Program-made: the position numbers and the translations under genes | Shown: positions 53,006 through 64,000 of the stretch, piece by piece | How the letters are laid out: each line of letters opens with the position of its first letter | How positions within the stretch are numbered: the stretch's first letter is position 1 | The notes under the pieces: model-generated | The model's database searches: none | Seen by the model: the letters and a program-made list of their open reading frames with translations, nothing else | Told to the model about the DNA's origin: nothing | Assembly: GCF_026571515.1 (NCBI RefSeq) | Contig: NW_026857252.1 | Location: 62,001 to 126,000, forward strand | Direction of reading: 5' to 3' | DNA length: 64,000 nt | DNA from: Ruditapes philippinarum | Lineage: Eukaryota

Positions 53006-54362
53006 TGAATGGTAGGAAAAAAGATATTCAATTTGAAGCAATGAAATTTCAGACGTTAATGTAAGGTTGCAAAGCTTCAAATCATCTCACTTTATTAACT
53101 ACTCAATAAATCCAAGGCAAAGACAAGTTCATGTCATATAATACATATAATACGCCTTTAGGCATTCAACATACTCATTAACTAGAGGTGAAGAAAGTTT
53201 AGAGTGGATAATTTTACTGGCAAAGTGCTATGATAAAATGTCAAATGTTCAGTTGATTTAATAATTACATTAGATATAAACCTTCCCTCGTTCTTTGGTC
53301 ATTTCTTTAAACTATTCCGCTAATCTGCTTTGTCTTGAAGCGAAACGGTCACGATATAGGCATGAATGATAATAATTTGTTGCAATCTTACGGCACACAC
53401 CTATTTATATATATGTACATCTATATAAAGTCCATGCAATTACTATAATCATGTTGTTTACTTAAAGGATAGGGTTAAACAGTGCATATGTGTGGAGATA
53501 CTAATAGTACTTTTATGCTTTATCTTTTATCCGTTTGAGCTGTTAATTTAGATGAAATTTCCTTACCTATTTTGTCTAGAACTGAATGATACGAAATATT
53601 TGAATTCTAAAAAGATAAAGCTGAATTTATCTTACTTGCTATATGTCTGAAGGTATCATTTTAAACCTTTAACATATTTATCCCCTGATAGCTCTATAAA
53701 TTTATGATACATTTCTATTAAAAACAGCTACAATTTTTACGCATTTTTAAAGATGCATGCCTCCAGATGAGCCAAGATATTTCAAGGAAACATGTACTAT
53801 GATTTTAAAGAAAGTAAAAATATGCAAGTAATAAAATGCATCTTATGTGCAATGAATGACTGATTTTGCAGTATTTATTTCCATATTTTCCTCTGCGTGA
53901 CTAACGCAGTTAAGGTTTTTTTCTTCATATTTTGACTCATTTCTGTTCATGTGTAAATTACTTTCTTTTGTTTAATTCACGACATTTTACCTTTAATATA
54001 CATTTTGTTACTTGACACTGACAATTCTGTACTTTCTACTCTTATACAAACAAACTGTCCCTGATTGATGCTATGGTCATTATTTTCTAGAGCACTTGCT
54101 GTACACTATATAAGACATATCGTTATTCCCTAGTGGGCAAAAAATAGAGGTTTTTATATCTAATAAAATGACAGTTAATGTGTAATAAGGTGATTCCTGA
54201 AATAATATTACAGAAACACCTTGATATGATATATCTCAAATAATAATAAAAGTACTGTATTTACAACTTTATATATAATTATGACCGCTCGAGCAAACGC
54301 ATCTTGCTTTCAAGAAACATTGTACAAATAAAAGGACATAAAACTCATTGTTGTTGTTATCA

Positions 54363-54571
54363 NNNNNNNNNNNNNNNNNNNNNNNNNNNNNNNNNNNNNN
54401 NNNNNNNNNNNNNNNNNNNNNNNNNNNNNNNNNNNNNNNNNNNNNNNNNNNNNNNNNNNNNNNNNNNNNNNNNNNNNNNNNNNNNNNNNNNNNNNNNNNN
54501 NNNNNNNNNNNNNNNNNNNNNNNNNNNNNNNNNNNNNNNNNNNNNNNNNNNNNNNNNNNNNNNNNNNNNNN
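54363..54571. other. Assembly gap (probably hides the neurotrophin start codon and signal peptide)
   Basis: Run of N; the reading frame is open from the right edge of the gap. Confidence 1.
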
Positions 54572-56602
54572 CTGAACAATCACTCAATACTTACACAGAT
54601 AGACAAAAGAACACAGCAAATGCAATAGATCCTAGCATTGATTTAAGAGGGTTATATTCTACCCTAAAGGAGCATCCGGCATTGATGGACAGGCGTCTCA
54701 AAATAGGAGGGAGAGTACCACCGCCGATCCCCGAGAGTGATTTAGCCAGAGGTGTACAATCGAGAAGTGTAAGTATAAGATTTCCAAAATACTTTCAATT
54801 AAATAGTGTAAAAAGCTATATCTGATAAAATATGTAACGTGCTTTCATAACCTAGCGGTCGCTTCTTAAAACATTTGTCACATGCATATATACACCAACA
54901 CATTGCTAATTGATGACAGCGTGATCTCGTAAAGTTCTGGAATTAAAATACATTGCTGGTATATGATTATATATTTTAGATACATTATATGCAGAAACAA
55001 ACTTTCCTGAAACTCAACCCCATTAGCTTATTTTAAACATAAAGTTGAAAAGGCATGAAAATGTTAAACTAAACACTTTTAGATAGTCAGAGCAATTTTC
55101 CGTATTATGAATATAGCAATTTCAAAACCTGCTTTTGTAAAGTCGTCTTCGACTTAAAATTTTACCTGATACATAAAACATTTTACTAGTAATCTAGGGA
55201 TTGCTGACCGTGTTGGTGGGTCAAGCTGTTGTTTCTTTTAGCAAGAAACTTTACATTCATTGCGTAGTACTGGTTGGTTCCGGGAACGGTTTCGAGAGTG
55301 TTTCAATAGCTTCTAATTGAATCGAATTAAAATAAATTCAATCAACTTAACTAAAACATTTTATACATATGCTATATAGGCCTTTGTCTCTCTTCCTCAA
55401 ATTTTTTTTATTATATAATCATTTTATTACAGAAAAGATCGATATTTGACATCGGCGTTGCCCAACCGATTTGTCCATTCACAACAGAATGGGTACAAAT
55501 ACGAAATGCAAGAGACCTAAACAATACTGAAGTGGTCGTGTTTCAACCTAGTGATGACAACCCAAATAGTTTTCAATGGTTTTACACCGTTACCTGTGAT
55601 TATGAGAGTCTTTTATCTGAAAACGACGACTGTCCTCTCTGTTGCAGAGCTGTAAATCATAGACGGTTTGTTATTCTTGTCTAATTAGTCATTAACCTTT
55701 ACCCCGCTTGACTTGTCCATCTCTTTTTCCTGTACAAGACCAGTTGTCATTTTTGGGAGATTTTTATGTTAAGTACTGATTGACTAGCGAATAGTGCAAA
55801 CCACGGTCATACGGAACATGTGCGTTCCTTCTCGAGAGGAAGCTATCGATCTAGTTTGCAAAGTATCGGTGGTTTTACTCACATGCCGGATCATACCTGA
55901 TTTAATCCACGGAGGGGAACCTGAGGTGTTGATTTACCATTAAAGCTGTAAAGTCGCCATATTACCTTTGAAAGTGCCTGTGTGATTTAAAAACAAACCA
56001 AAAATAAACATAGACAAAGTGTTTTAAATAAATCTTAGGATGCTGATATATGTAAAAGTAATATTTTTAAACTAGACACTACAGTGTATATATGTATATG
56101 ACTAATGCACTTCGTTGTTCAGACAATGCAAAGATGATCGTGGTAATTGTTTTGTCCTCGTCAAGGATAGCCAGTATCCAGACTCCCATATGAAAGTGTA
56201 TTCTTTTCATATAGTTCAGACTCTGACTCTTTGTGTCATAGAAGTATATATCTACGTATTTGTGGTTATTGGCTGTCTGCAGAGATTTTTATAGTCTTTG
56301 CTAGTCTTTGCTTTATGTTCCTTTTATAACTTTATTCTGTATGCAACGTCACCATTTCTATTCTAAGGTTTTGCATGGTGTATTGCAAATACATTTGGTT
56401 AACATGATAAAAATGCCAGACGTATTCATGGTATTTATTAGATTATTTCTTTCGTTTCAGATATTCTTCCCAATGTATACCACGAAAGACCTCCGTCATG
56501 GCATATATAAGTAAGCAATTGGACTCTAATGGCGAGTTTGACTGGGGATACATACAGGTGGATTCAAGCTGTAACTGTGCTGTTACACGAAGACCGTTTT
56601 AA
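54572..56602 (+). CDS. Neurotrophin (NGF/BDNF-family cystine-knot) precursor, 5' incomplete
   Basis: Exons (54572 or 54599)-54768, 55433-55665 and 56461-56602 join in phase with GT-AG boundaries. Product: ...VQSRSKR/SIFDIGVAQPICPFTTEWVQIRNARDLNNTEVVVFQ...FQWFYTVTC...CPLCCRAVNHRRYSSQCIPRKTSVMAY...FDWGYIQVDSSCNCAVTRRPF*. This follows the NGF pattern C-x5-WV, AxD...EVxV, QxFxxxxC, CRxI/V, SxC, WxxIxxDxxCxC. Confidence 0.88.
54599..54768 (+). CDS. Neurotrophin pro-domain exon (may extend 5' into the gap)
   Basis: Open frame DRQKNTANAIDPSIDLRGLYSTLKEHPALMDRRLKIGGRVPPPIPESDLARGVQSRS ending at a GTAAGT donor, phase 0. Confidence 0.72.
55433..55665 (+). CDS. Neurotrophin mature-domain exon 1
   Basis: TTACAG acceptor; 77 codons plus 2 nt with no stop; GTTTGT donor. 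Confidence 0.9.
56461..56602 (+). CDS. Neurotrophin mature-domain exon 2 (last coding exon)
   Basis: TTTCAG acceptor, phase 2; YSSQC...WGYIQVDSSCNC; TAA at 56600-56602. Confidence 0.9.
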
Positions 56603-56745
56603 TAACAATAGATTCCAAACCAATAACATGGCCCATCGCATTAAGCATCGAAAATATATTTGTGATCCAGAAATTAAGATCGAATAATAATGCCCTTATC
56701 CACTGTAACGTCTTACTTTAACGAATCCTTCTTTCTTTCAATATC

Positions 56746-56751
56746 AATAAA
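56746..56751 (+). terminator. Candidate polyadenylation signal of the neurotrophin gene
   Basis: First AATAAA downstream of the stop codon. Confidence 0.45.
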
Positions 56752-57190
56752 GCAAATCGTGTCTAAGAAAATGAACATTTTATATAAAAAAATTAGCTTT
56801 TAAATTAGTTTGTTAGTTTGCGGATTATACATGTACAATAAAAATTTGAATATTTGCTCAGTTTTAAAAAGTGCTTTCTTCTTTGTAAGCTGAAAGGTTA
56901 TAAAAAAATGTTGTGAATTAAACAAATCGGAAAGAAAGGGTGTCCTTGTTACTGATTTAGTTTTTGGCGTAACTCTTATGCTCATAGAAACTTTAAAGCA
57001 CCCTGTTAAAAAAATTAAGTAGTGCTCTTCCTTTTAGGTATAATTCATGATGTCTTGTTTCTTTTTTTATTTTTCTTTTGCTAACTCGTGTGATTAAAGT
57101 GATTAAGTACTTTAGTATTTAGTTTGTATGAAAGTCTAAATACTTTTTGATTTCACATTTTTGCTATATTTACGATTATTACTGCAATTT

Positions 57191-57343
57191 CAGGATCCAT
57201 GCTGTTCGCTATCAGTTTCTCTACTTGTTATAGGGTCTGTAAGCGAACAGCATGGATCCTGATCAGACTGCGCGGATGCGCAGGCTGGTCTGGATCCATG
57301 CTGGTCGCAAACGCACTGTGTTGGTTTTGTCGTGACGCGGCTC
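57191..57343. mobile_element. Palindromic MITE, copy 6 (left end truncated)
   Basis: Same family. Confidence 0.88.
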
Positions 57344-57809
57344 TAATGATTTCTGATGCGCAATGTGCCTTTAGAAAAAAAGCAAATGAAACGTAATAGT
57401 ACTGTCCTCAGACGGACTGCAATTATCACTTGCAATTTCTTTATAGTGAGTATTTGAGTGAATTCTGACATCTTTAAAAGACAAATCTGTAATCTTAACG
57501 AAGTGGATGCAGATACCTTCCTATACATATTCTTAAACATTCCATTTATTTCAAAATAAAATGTTAAAGCTATTTGAGAATTTTCTTTTTGTTGTTGTTG
57601 TTGTTGTTGTTGTTGATGTTGCATATAACATGCATATAATAGCACTACATTCCCTTTAAGGGCTGACACACGATAATATGTTTATTGTGACAATGTGGTG
57701 ACATCGCAAAAATGTAAAGCAACAGTCGACAATGCGCTATGGCATTTTGGTAATGTGGCAGTACCAAATACGGTATCTCGTAAGTGCCATTGCGATATAC
57801 ACATAGCTC

Positions 57810-58555
57810 GCAACAACGAAAACACGAAACAACGATGGTGAAAAGTCTAAATTATAGTGAAATCACTACGGTGAAAAATCGATAATTCGATGATGAAAGG
57901 TCGAAAGTAGCAAGGTGAAAATCGAAATAACGCAACCAAGATTATGGAAAATCCATATAATTGCGTGTTCTTACCATCGTGTTTTTGACCTTTCACCATC
58001 TAAGTTGCGTTATTTCGATTTTTCATTTTAATTTCAATCATCGTATAGCTAACTTTTTACCATTGTGGTTTCGTTATTTTTAAATTTCATCATTGAACTT
58101 TTTATTGTGGTGGTTACGACTATCACCATCGTTTTTTCGAATTTTCATCATCATTGTTTTCACCATCGTAGTTTCGCCTTCATGTCTGGCATGCGCACAG
58201 AGATAATAACAATGGATGACGATATAAGAAAATATTTGTACCAACTGAAGGATTGAGTTACAAAGAAACAATAATTTTAATGGCTTTGTATTATGTTGTG
58301 AGCATATGGTGAAAATACAAAAGTTTGTTACTTCTAAAAACCGAAACCGATGATAAAAAGGCAGGTTGACGATGGTTAAAAGTCGAAATTACGATGATGA
58401 AGAATCAAAAGTACGATGGTGAAAAGCCGAAATAACAAAACAACACAACGTCGAAAGTACGATGGTGGAAACACGTAATTATATCGAGTTTTCACCAAGG
58501 TGGTTTCGTTATTTCGACTTTTCATCATCGGTCTTCTGACTTTTCGCCATCATAC
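57810..58555. repeat. Degenerate ~20-bp minisatellite arrays in alternating orientation (fold-back-like element)
   Basis: ACGATGGTGAAAAGTCGAAAT-like units arranged in +, -, +, - blocks. Confidence 0.7.
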
Positions 58556-59984
58556 CTATATTCATATTTTATCACAACTTATTGATAAAGATACTAAATA
58601 TATTTTAATTCCAACATAACATTTCTATCTATGGTGCAATTTAGGATAAAGACTATGCTAAATTAACCTTATACATCGTAATACATTGTTTCTTAAAACA
58701 CTTGTAGCCCTCGCGGTACTCTACTGCGCATCGGTCGAATGTTTAACTGTCGCTCACTTTCTTTCCTCGCGGATCCTTTGGACCCGTTAGGGCTTTCCGA
58801 TTTTTAACATTCATCTGAGTATCTCAAGACCTTTATGTACCGTATTTTATGCATCCTCTATCATAAATTAAATTGGGTCTTTTTCTGAAGATGCATGTCA
58901 CGTTATTTCCCGCTAAATACACTCATAAAGAAAATTAATGACATTTCTGGCTAATAAACATATAAATATATATGTCTAAAAATAAAAAGGTCTTAAATTT
59001 TCCCATGAATGTATATCTGGCGCTTTTAATTTTAATTTTCACACAAGTATTATCATCTTTCATTTTTGTTAGAAGAATTAATAGACGACAGCATGATTCA
59101 CATTTTAATATTGTTAAATCGATAAACACTTTTGTTGAGAAACTATTCAGGCCAATAAGATTTGTGTGTACTGCGCTCCTAACTCGAATCAAATAGATAC
59201 TATACACCATTTACTCACACAAATCATCTACTCCCTAATATATGCTTATTCCTCAGTAATAATACACAGTTATTTGATAGATTAAACAAGGTTTCGCATT
59301 AGAAAATCACCTGAAGTAAAATAAGTATCGCAGTTATTTACAACAATCTATTTGACATGTCTATATCGTTTTAGTGTCATTCTTTGTTATCAAAACCACG
59401 TAAATTTGGAGTGACAAATCAGCAAGTTCCATTTCAAGTTATGTGATTCATTAATTCTTACTACGAGTTCTGATGTTGGGCCGAAGGTCACATGCACACT
59501 ATTTTCATTACGTTTTTTTTTTAAATCAGTCCAAATATACGAACCTTCCATTAGGCTGCAAGTGTGTCAACAATGAAATAGCAAATGCTGTCATAAATTG
59601 GCGTGATTGAAGTAACAGTTTTAAAACAACGAAGGAAATTTTGTAAGAAATTACATAATACTTTCAGTTACATGCTAGAACCTTTTATTTAAGCTGCCCA
59701 TTTGAAACTTTGTCTATACAGTCATGATGAAAATCAACGGTTGTCAGCAAAGACGTGCGCAGATCATTCTGAATGAGAAATCAAAAAGTTGTCAGTATTG
59801 ACTCGCGCAGATCAGTGATGACCAGTTAAATAAACGGTTGCCATCCTCAACATGCACATATCAATCATGATTATAATATTCAAACTTTGGTCAACATTGA
59901 CATGTAAAGATAAGGTTATTAGTTCGCTTTTCATAACAATAATTTCTATAACAAATTAAGTAGTCAACAGATTTTGTGCAGTTA

Positions 59985-60412
59985 GGATTCCAAACAGAGT
60001 TCAAACCAGGCGATTCAACGGTCAATCAAGAAGTGTCCATATACGCTACTGCAACTTTGAAAATGATCTAGAAATACGAGTTACTCTATAACATTAGCAA
60101 AAGTTTCAAAAAGGTTTGATAATGCTTAATTTCTCAACTGAATCATCCTGAAATATTCGTTTTCATACCTGTTTTCTCATTTATTTATCAGACGTCAAAA
60201 CGTGTTGATCTTTTTTGCAAATTTTAATTCTTATGATTATTTTGTTTTTCTTGTTCTCCTCAAGGGTCCATTCTTTGTCACTTTACTTTATCGTATTTAT
60301 TAATGAAATTTTTGAAGATCTGCAGTCGTATATCACTCAATACACTGATGATATTGGTCTTTATCTTGTTGTAGAAACTCTGCAAATACCTGCTATTGCT
60401 TTACAATTAAAT
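59985..60412 (+). mobile_element. Old LINE reverse-transcriptase relic, ending at MITE copy 7
   Basis: Residual motifs across frames: FKPGDSTVNQ, SKRFD, PQGSIL and FIVFINEI...YTDD. Confidence 0.75.
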
Positions 60413-60647
60413 GAGCCGCGTCATGACAAAACCAACATAATTGGTTTGCGACCAGCATGGATCCAGACCAGCCTGCGCATCCGCGCAGTCTGATCAGGAT
60501 CCATGCTGTTTGATATCAGTTTCACTACTTGCTATAGGGTTTGTAAGCGAACAGCATGGGTCCTGATCAGACTGCGCGGATGCGCAGGCTTTTCTGGATC
60601 CATGCTTGTCGCAAACCCATTAAGTTGGTTTTGTCATGACGCGGTTC
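60413..60647. mobile_element. Palindromic MITE, copy 7
   Basis: Same family. Confidence 0.9.
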
Positions 60648-60777
60648 ACGGACTGATATGTTTATAAAGAACATGTCAATCAGAGGGGCAGTGTTGTATG
60701 CAGAGTTTAGGCTTCAGTTACATTAGAATTTTTAAAAGGTTATAAATTATTTTTTATATTATTTTTAAGAAAACATA

Positions 60778-60910
60778 NNNNNNNNNNNNNNNNNNNNNNN
60801 NNNNNNNNNNNNNNNNNNNNNNNNNNNNNNNNNNNNNNNNNNNNNNNNNNNNNNNNNNNNNNNNNNNNNNNNNNNNNNNNNNNNNNNNNNNNNNNNNNNN
60901 NNNNNNNNNN
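60778..60910. other. Assembly gap
   Basis: Run of N. Confidence 1.
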
Positions 60911-62984
60911 TTACTGTGTCAGAGTTCTTTGTTACGTCGGTATATGAAAAGCACACGGAGGAACAACAAATCTAATGCATGTGCTGGTTTTAATAACAGT
61001 TTTATTTATTTATCAATTTATTTATTCATTCATTTATCTATTTATATTTATTTATTTATTTATTTCCTTTAAAAATGATTAAATTGGTCAATTTGCATAA
61101 TAACAGGAATTTTGTTTAAATAAATTAAATATATAAAATGCATAAGTGTTTGTATTATGTATATGTGTGTTTTAATCTAAATAAATGTCTATCTAAGATT
61201 CCTTTAGCAAAAGGTACAGTTAAAATAATGTCGTAAAATAGCATTAGAATTCAAACATTTCCTGAACAATACAAAGTTTATATTCCTGTTTTATTCATGA
61301 TACAATTCAAAAGTTAAGTTATTGACTGACCTAGGTATTATACGGGTGCCGTAAGCTATTCAACATTGTAACAAAAAAGAAAGTAACAATTCTTTTATAG
61401 GTTATAAAACATTTTTAATTCACTTATAACGCACTTTTGATCAATAATGCAATAGCAAGTGTTCGTATTTCAATAAAGTATGTTCGTCATCCGATAGGTT
61501 GATATTAATTAACAGTTTTGTATGCAAACTTCGGCCAGCCTTTTTGTACAAATCAATAACAGTTGCCGAACAACTTAAAGATATTCTTGAAATAGAAGAC
61601 GTACATGATGTGCACAAAAGTGAATTTCGAGGACTTTTCACGTGGCAAACAACTTTGAAAGAAACCAGTAATAATTTGCAATTGTTAAAAAGAAATCATT
61701 GTTCAAACATACATGGTCTCTTCGTGTGTTTATTTGTTTTATACAATTCTGTCCGAAGTTAATTTATCATGTCTACAGATAACATGAAAATATTATATTT
61801 TTTTCTCTCCCGAAATAAACATTTGATATGTTGTTCCATTGTTTCTATATCATTCTAATAATATTATGTTCATTAAGAACTCAACTGTGGTATTTTGACA
61901 TGACATGACTTGAAATAGTTTACCATATGATGGAGTTCTGAACCAAACTTGTGATTATTCGCTCTCTACTTTTTTTCAGAATATTTTATTGTGCAAAATG
62001 ACATAAGAATGAGAAGCGTTTAAACATTTTTAACACAAACCTGTTTAAGAATCACAGATTTCTTTTATGTGTTTAGTCTTATGGAGCTCCGTGGAGATAA
62101 AATCCTTCCTTTAGTCTGTCTATGTCTCGACTTTGATGTCTTCCGAAGGTTTTGTTGGAATTTTTACTTCTAAATCAAATGGCGAGTAATCATCTTACTC
62201 CATTCATAACATGGTTTAACTAAGTAAAATGGTACTGCACTTCGAGGGTTTAGAGCGAAACTGGTCTACCTGCTTCTATTTCTATATATAAAGGTGGACC
62301 AATTTCGCTCTAAGCCATCGATTTTTGAAGGTTGCTGAGCTTGTGAAAACTGCAGCAAATACTTGAGCTGGAGGCTGTTATAACATTTATAAACTAATTT
62401 CTCCATGATAATAATTACCTTCAGCAGATTGTGTCTCCAGATATATCTGTTGTGTCTTAAAAGTGTAATTTCTAAATTTTGTTCTGATAATTATATGTAT
62501 TTTATGTCATATTTTGTGTTTTTAAACAAACCATCTTTAAATTTATACATGTACTTCAAGCTCTAAAATATAACTAATCCGGAATGACTTCATTTCTTAT
62601 GAAGCCCAATGATTGAAGAATATATTTACAACCTCAAAATGGTATGCGAACCTTAAGGATTTAGATACTTGGTCAGACTGATTAGATATCATATTGTAAA
62701 GTAAAATATGTAACAAGTTCATATGTAAGCCCTTTCTATCTTACTAAAGCAAGACACAACAACACTGTTCTACTATTTATAGTACATGTTATTTTGATGT
62801 GTGTCCACGTATAATACTTCACATTTTCCTTTTAGATATATTTGTGATATAAGTTTATCCATAGTCCTGGGATTTAAAAGTAGCTCGGCTTCAACTGGCA
62901 TACAACCACTCTTTATTTAAGAAAATAAATTTTAAATTCGAAGAGTAACCAAATATTCATGTATAAAGGTAAACCCAAAGGGTG

Positions 62985-63287
62985 ATGGCTGAAAGAAAAT
63001 ACTTTGTTCATTTCTTTATCATTATGCAAATAATGGTTTTAACTAGGGTCGTCGAAGGCAAACCAGCCACATATGCAAAACATGTGTCGTTCAGACGTTC
63101 TGACAAATCTACATTTATTCATTACAGCGGCATATAAAATACGAGGAAGGGCTGTTTGTGCAGTACAATGCTTGGAAAGAGACAACTGTGTCTCATTCGA
63201 ACAAGCCAATGTTTGTTGTTTTCTGAGAGGATAGTAAATGCGACAAATGCATGTTCAGTGAAATACTGTGATTATGGTGAAGTGTAA
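62985..63287 (+). pseudogene. Frameshifted paralog of the small secreted PAN/apple-domain gene
   Basis: Three segments: MAERKYFVHFFIIMQIMVLTRVVEG / QNMCRSDVL...KIRGRAVCAVQCLERDNCVSFEQANVCCFLR / IVNATNACSVKYCDYGEV*. These align with 9557-9883 (C-xx-DV, IR-x4-C-x3-C-xE-xxNC-xxF, NAT-xx-CS, DYGE). Two frameshifts, near 63070 and 63230. Confidence 0.75.
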
Positions 63288-63577
63288 AGATGAGGGCTGC
63301 AATGATCAAATGGATATCTATTTACCTTGTAGCTTATTTTTTATGGAAGATTGCTGTAGTGACTTCATATGTCTACTTTTATGTCTGTTTCCTTTGCCAT
63401 TCACTATAATTTCTTTACACACAAAAAGATTCTCGGTCGCTGTAGCAATACTTTGGTCGTTGCAAATATAAATACTGAAAAATCACCAATGCTTTGAAAT
63501 AACATATCAAACGGATAAGTCCAGCCAGTCAAGTTATTGCCCAGTTATTGATCATCTGCTGCTGGCTATTCATATTT

Positions 63578-63814
63578 GAGCCGCGTCACGACAAAACCAA
63601 CATAGTGCGTTTGCGACCAGCATGAATCCAGACCAGCCTGCGCATCCGCGCAGTCTGATCAGGATACATGCTGTTCGCCATCAGTTTCTCTACTTCTAAT
63701 AGGGTTGGTAAGCGAACAGCATGGATCCTGATCAGACTGCGCCAATGCGCAGGCTGGTCTGGATCATCCATGCTGGTCGCAAACCCTTATGTTGGTTTTG
63801 TCATGGCACGGCCC
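63578..63814. mobile_element. Palindromic MITE, copy 8
   Basis: Same family; ATTT on both flanks (4-bp TSD). Confidence 0.9.
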
Positions 63815-64000
63815 ATTTAATTTATGAACTGTCAGGTTGGCTTTTGTTTGACCAGATTCGGAACACATTACTATTGCGTAAGATATTCGGAAAATTACAG
63901 ATAACTATAAGTAATAAAACGAGAAAAGAAATGAATAAACGTTGCAACAAATACCATTAAATTGATGGAAAATACGCCACAAATTTACTGGAAGCCATGT

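Noticed and set aside
54068-54149. MLWSLFSRALA... as a possible neurotrophin signal-peptide exon
   Set aside because: In-frame TAG at 54131-54133 precedes the only phase-compatible donor I found.
57343-57669. Poly-Gln ORF
   Set aside because: Derived from a (TTG)n microsatellite; no other coding signal.
61441-61762. Overlapping ORFs of 66 and 87 aa
   Set aside because: No recognisable motif, ATG context or splice partners.

Overview
AT-rich, intron-rich animal genomic DNA with three assembly gaps. The repeat families suggest a mollusc, probably a bivalve (inference). I reconstructed exons by hand from splice sites and reading phase. (1) A minus-strand FRRS1/SDR2-like ferric-chelate reductase gene (12066-33612, 20 coding exons, ~852 aa): signal peptide, Reeler, two tandem DOMON domains and a cytochrome b561 domain. 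(2) A plus-strand, intron-split neurotrophin (NGF-family cystine-knot) gene at 54572-56602, mostly missed by the ORF track. Its RSKR furin site is formed across a splice junction and its N-terminus probably lies in a gap. (3) An intronless small secreted PAN/apple-domain gene (9557-9883, minus) and a frameshifted paralog (62985-63287, plus). (4) Many transposable elements: two CR1/L2-type LINE copies at 1-5993, two older LINE relics, eight copies of a ~235-bp palindromic MITE, TTAA-flanked Kolobok-like MITEs, a nested pair of non-autonomous DNA transposons with 6-bp TSDs, and several minisatellites.
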